Source: an uncultured Verrucomicrobiae bacterium
Lineage (GTDB): Bacteria > Verrucomicrobiota > Verrucomicrobiia > Limisphaerales > Palsa-1400
NCBI GenBank assembly: GCA_963764165.1
Contig: CAVXRD010000002.1
Coordinates: 3,168,001 to 3,232,000 of the forward strand
Direction of reading: 5' to 3'
Length of the DNA stretch: 64,000 nt
Both the position numbers and the translations under genes were made by a program. The notes below the pieces were generated by a model. The model did not search any database. It worked only from the letters and a program-made list of their open reading frames with translations, and was not told where the DNA came from. Shown here piece after piece: positions 60,903 through 64,000 of the stretch (positions within the stretch are counted from its first letter, which is position 1; every line of letters begins with the position of its first letter).

Positions 60903-61804
60903 GGGGTTTTGTTGCCCTTCAACCGTTCCTTCCAGGTCTGCACGGCTTGCGGGGTGGTAGAAACCACCTGTAACTGTTCCAGCCATCCGATTGCCTCATT
61001 GGTGTGATGTTCTGATTCCGCCAGGTGTGCGAGCGAGGCAAGAATTTCCTCGGCGATAAACTTGTTGTGGTCGCTGTCTTTGTCCGGCAAACGCGCCAGA
61101 TTGCGCAGTCCCGCTTCCCAGACGTTGCGCGCGCCAATGGGATTGTGGCGCGCCTCGGAAAAGAGACGGCCGAGGTCGAAGAGCAACTGCGGGTCGCCCG
61201 GATTCTCTTTGAGTCCCTCGCGCAGCTCTTGTTCGCTGTCGTCAATCTTGTCCATTCGGCGCAGCCAGTAAGCGGTCACCAGATAGACTTCCACCCGCTT
61301 TGGGTCCAGCTCCGTGGAGAGCTTCAGCCAGGGCAGGATTTCCCCCACTGAACTTTCGTCCTCTTTGCCGTTGGCGCCGCCTTCGATTAAGTGGGTATGC
61401 ACCGAGGGGTAAAATTGCCTGCCGAAGGCGTCGATCCAATTGCGCGGCGGACCAAGAAAAGTTGTCTCGTCACCGGTGTTCTTCCCTTTCATGGCCCCGG
61501 AATCTTCGGCGATGTGCGGCGTTTTGTACGATTGGCGATTGTCATAAATCGTCGGATACATGCCGCTGTGGAAATAGGCGTCCGCTTTCACAAAGAATTG
61601 ATCGGCGAATAGGCGTCGCGCATCTCCAATGGCGACGGCCATGAGGTTGGCGGAAGCGGCCCGGTTGCCGGGCCAATCCTGAAACCACAAGCTCAAATTA
61701 GCGGCAAGAGAAAAGCTGCCGACCAGCAGCAGCAAAAGCCAAAGTTCTCCTGCGAAACTTCTGCTGCTACGGTTGGCGTTGGAATGGAGAGTCATCGGCA
61801 TCAT
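60899..61804 (-). CDS. membrane-anchored TPR protein
   Basis: N-terminal TM; ADAYFHSG, HTHL; TPR-like LDP..Y..AYWL, GLKENP. Confidence 0.75.
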   Translation of the reverse strand: MMPMTLHSNANRSSRSFAGELWLLLLLVGSFSLAANLSLWFQDWPGNRAASANLMAVAIGDARRLFADQFFVKADAYFHSGMYPTIYDNRQSYKTPHIAEDSGAMKGKNTGDETTFLGPPRNWIDAFGRQFYPSVHTHLIEGGANGKEDESSVGEILPWLKLSTELDPKRVEVYLVTAYWLRRMDKIDDSEQELREGLKENPGDPQLLFDLGRLFSEARHNPIGARNVWEAGLRNLARLPDKDSDHNKFIAEEILASLAHLAESEHHTNEAIGWLEQLQVVSTTPQAVQTWKERLKGNKTP

Positions 61805-61818
61805 CAATTCAGATCGTC

Positions 61819-62595
61819 CTAGTTCAAAGCACGGCGACGGAAAAGCATGCACGCCGCGAGCAGAAAGAAAGCACCGTAAACCGCGCCGTAAGCCGTCGCT
61901 TTCAAGCAGACCAGCCAGTGGATGGACGGCCAGTTATGTATCACCAGATCGCGCACGTCGAAGAATTCCAAATGGGGTATGACAAAAAAGAGCGCCATAA
62001 GCAGGCTCCGCGCCGGCTCGCCAGCCTGCGTGGCAACCTGGTCCAAATGGCGGCCCACCATCAGGATGAACGCCACCGCGACGAAGGAAATGGCGACGTT
62101 GGCCGATACTGCGCTGAACAGCAACGAACCGAGGATGCTCATCGCGATGATAACCCCCAGCATGAACCAATGCAGCCAGATAGCCTGGAAGTAATTTGCC
62201 AGCGGCCAGTGATGTTCTTTTGACATCGCCATTAATCCAAAGAAGGCATAAAAGGCCAGCAATGAGATTCCCGCCGCGATCCAGCAACCGAGGAACTTGC
62301 CCAACAGGACCTCGTTTCGTCCGATTGGTTTGGCTAGGAGGGGATAAATCGTGCGATTCTCGCGTTCCGTTGGAATTTGCCGCGCGGCCATCGTAATGGC
62401 GATCACCAGCGAAGAAATCCAGATGAGCAGCAGACATATCTCCTTCATGTAGCGGTCAATTTGACTGTCGTGGAAAAGATTGACCGAACCCATCATCAAT
62501 GTAATCACTGCGGTGACGACAAACAGCACGTAAAAATCCTTGCGGCGGATGCTTTCTTTTACAACGACGGAGGACAATGCCCAAATGTTTTTCAT
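61819..62595 (-). CDS. ABC-2 type permease (PilI-like)
   Basis: E.ENRTIYPLLAKPIGR...LLGKFLG. Confidence 0.88.
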   Translation of the reverse strand: MKNIWALSSVVVKESIRRKDFYVLFVVTAVITLMMGSVNLFHDSQIDRYMKEICLLLIWISSLVIAITMAARQIPTERENRTIYPLLAKPIGRNEVLLGKFLGCWIAAGISLLAFYAFFGLMAMSKEHHWPLANYFQAIWLHWFMLGVIIAMSILGSLLFSAVSANVAISFVAVAFILMVGRHLDQVATQAGEPARSLLMALFFVIPHLEFFDVRDLVIHNWPSIHWLVCLKATAYGAVYGAFFLLAACMLFRRRALN

Positions 62596-63419
62596 ATTTG
62601 CTCGGGTGCGTGGTAGCCGATTACGCGCAGAAATACTTGTTCGAGATTGCACTCGTATTTTTTAACAAGAGCCTTGACGCTGCCCCCTTCCTTAAGCTCC
62701 CCTTCGTGAAGGATCGCCACACGATCGCAAACCGTTTCCACTTCACCCAATTCATGGGATGAAAAGAAAACGGTCTTGCCCTCGTTCTTGAGCCGCTGAA
62801 TGATTTCCCGGACTTTCATCCGGCCAATGGGATCAAGACCGCTTGTGGGTTCGTCGAGAATAAGCAAATCAGGATTGTTCACCAATGCCTGTGCCAGCCC
62901 AATTCGCTGCTGCATGCCCTTGGAGTAGGTCTTTATAAGGCGTTTTCGGGCGTGCTCCAAATCCACCAGTTTCAAAGCGGCATCCACCAGCCCATCCATC
63001 TTCGGACGCGGGATGCCGAAAATGGTGGCATATAGCCGGAGCAGTTCCTCCGCGCTCAGAAATTTGTAATAGTAAGTTAATTCCGGCAAATAGCCGATTC
63101 GCTGGCGCGCAATAGGTTCCCGCACGCTGGTGCCGAACAAGAAGGCATCGCCTCTGGTGGCGCGGTTGAATCCGAGCAAAACATTCATCGTCGTGGTCTT
63201 GCCGGCGCCGTTTGGGCCAAGGAATCCAAAAACCTCCCCCTGTCGCACTTTAAACGTGAGGTCTTTCACCGCCACTTTCACCTCTTGCCGCAATTCCCGG
63301 CTGGTAAATTCGACGCGAAGATGTTCGACGCGCAAAACCTCTTCCGACCTGGCGCACGGTGGTGCGGTGGATAAATTCTGCAAGTCGTTAGTCGCAAAAA
63401 ACTCTGTGGATTCTTTCAT
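62592..63419 (-). CDS. ABC ATPase (PilH-like)
   Basis: GPNGAGKTT, YSKGMQQR, DEPTSGLDPIGR. Confidence 0.92.
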   Translation of the reverse strand: MKESTEFFATNDLQNLSTAPPCARSEEVLRVEHLRVEFTSRELRQEVKVAVKDLTFKVRQGEVFGFLGPNGAGKTTTMNVLLGFNRATRGDAFLFGTSVREPIARQRIGYLPELTYYYKFLSAEELLRLYATIFGIPRPKMDGLVDAALKLVDLEHARKRLIKTYSKGMQQRIGLAQALVNNPDLLILDEPTSGLDPIGRMKVREIIQRLKNEGKTVFFSSHELGEVETVCDRVAILHEGELKEGGSVKALVKKYECNLEQVFLRVIGYHAPEQI

Positions 63420-63566
63420 AAGCTATCGGACGATTCTTCGCGGCCGCAACCGGGCCATTCAAAGATATCGACTATTCTAAGTCTGCTTTTGACTGAGATG
63501 CTTCAAATCGCCGCGCACTGTGGGCGGCAGCTTTGAATGGATGCCGAAATCTGGCAAAAACCTGGA

Positions 63567-63899
63567 CTAAGCGAAGAGGACGGGAGGAGCGCGGCCGGGC
63601 AGGAGTAAATAGTCGCGCGAAACGAAGATTGCATGTTGGAAAGCATTTTCAGCCGCAAAGGCAAGAAAGATCGGAATCGCGGCAACAGGGCTTCCATCCG
63701 TTAAATTAACTTTTCCGTGCGCGAATGCGGTGACAGCGCAATCGTGATGCGCGTTGTCGGCGTCCGAATGAATGAGTCGATGAAGGCCAGGATCGCTCGC
63801 CAGCGCCCCACAGAATAAAATTCCAAGCACCAGCGCGGCCGTTAGCCACCGGCCAATCAGGCCATCCGTCCGAAAAAGGTGTTTCGCGTCTAATTGCAA
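63567..63899 (-). CDS. His-rich DUF2946-like leader protein with C-terminal RAPP motif, copy B
   Basis: TM; HRLIHSDADNAHHDCAVTAFAHG; ends LPGRAPPVLFA; start codon uncertain. Confidence 0.7.
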   Translation of the reverse strand: MQLDAKHLFRTDGLIGRWLTAALVLGILFCGALASDPGLHRLIHSDADNAHHDCAVTAFAHGKVNLTDGSPVAAIPIFLAFAAENAFQHAIFVSRDYLLLPGRAPPVLFA

Positions 63900-63913
63900 C
63901 TGATTTGCAATTA
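63891..63913. promoter_or_regulatory. Fur-family-like operator, copy B
   Basis: Perfect 9-5-9 palindrome TAATTGCAA-CTGAT-TTGCAATTA. Confidence 0.7.
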
Positions 63914-64000
63914 AACATGGAAGGCCTTTTCACGCAAGCCATTTATCGCGTTTCAACAAGCGCCCCGCAAGTTCAGGCGGGAGGGCAGCTAAAAGGGCGC

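Overview
Bacterial chromosomal window, probably Verrucomicrobiota (Pedosphaera/Limisphaerales-like, inferred from gene content and repeat style). 1-29.3 kb is mostly housekeeping (ppdK, holB, accBC, thiE, AKR, LysR, Gfo/Idh/MocA, TIM-barrel isomerase, CPBP, ClC-CBS). It is interspersed with many REP-like palindromes, an IS200/RAYT-type transposase in compound inverted repeats with an empty copy 3 kb away, a frameshifted mazF TA pair, and an AT-rich islet (wHTH-like ORF plus an unannotated 54-aa Zn-finger ORF). About 29.3-59.5 kb looks like an accessory island, with an IS66 tnpB relic on the left and IS630 plus gene fragments on the right. It carries two Ser/Thr-kinase/TPR + ECF-sigma modules, each directly followed by a shared promoter-like motif and a co-oriented operon: cpo-ycaC-M17N-alginate export-ABM-ytcJ-budA-alsS-(sad::TPR chimera), and beta-barrel-DUF3034-keto-acid decarboxylase-2-hydroxyacid dehydrogenase. 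It also carries an Mla-like ABC system with a MlaA-hydrolase fusion. 59.5-64 kb is a likely metal-regulated locus: two paralogous His-rich ORFs (one ending in RAPP), each with a 23-bp Fur-family-like palindrome over its start, bracket ABC-permease-TPR-ZIP genes. No CRISPR array, tRNA or rRNA was seen. All family calls are by motif recognition by eye; no searches were run.
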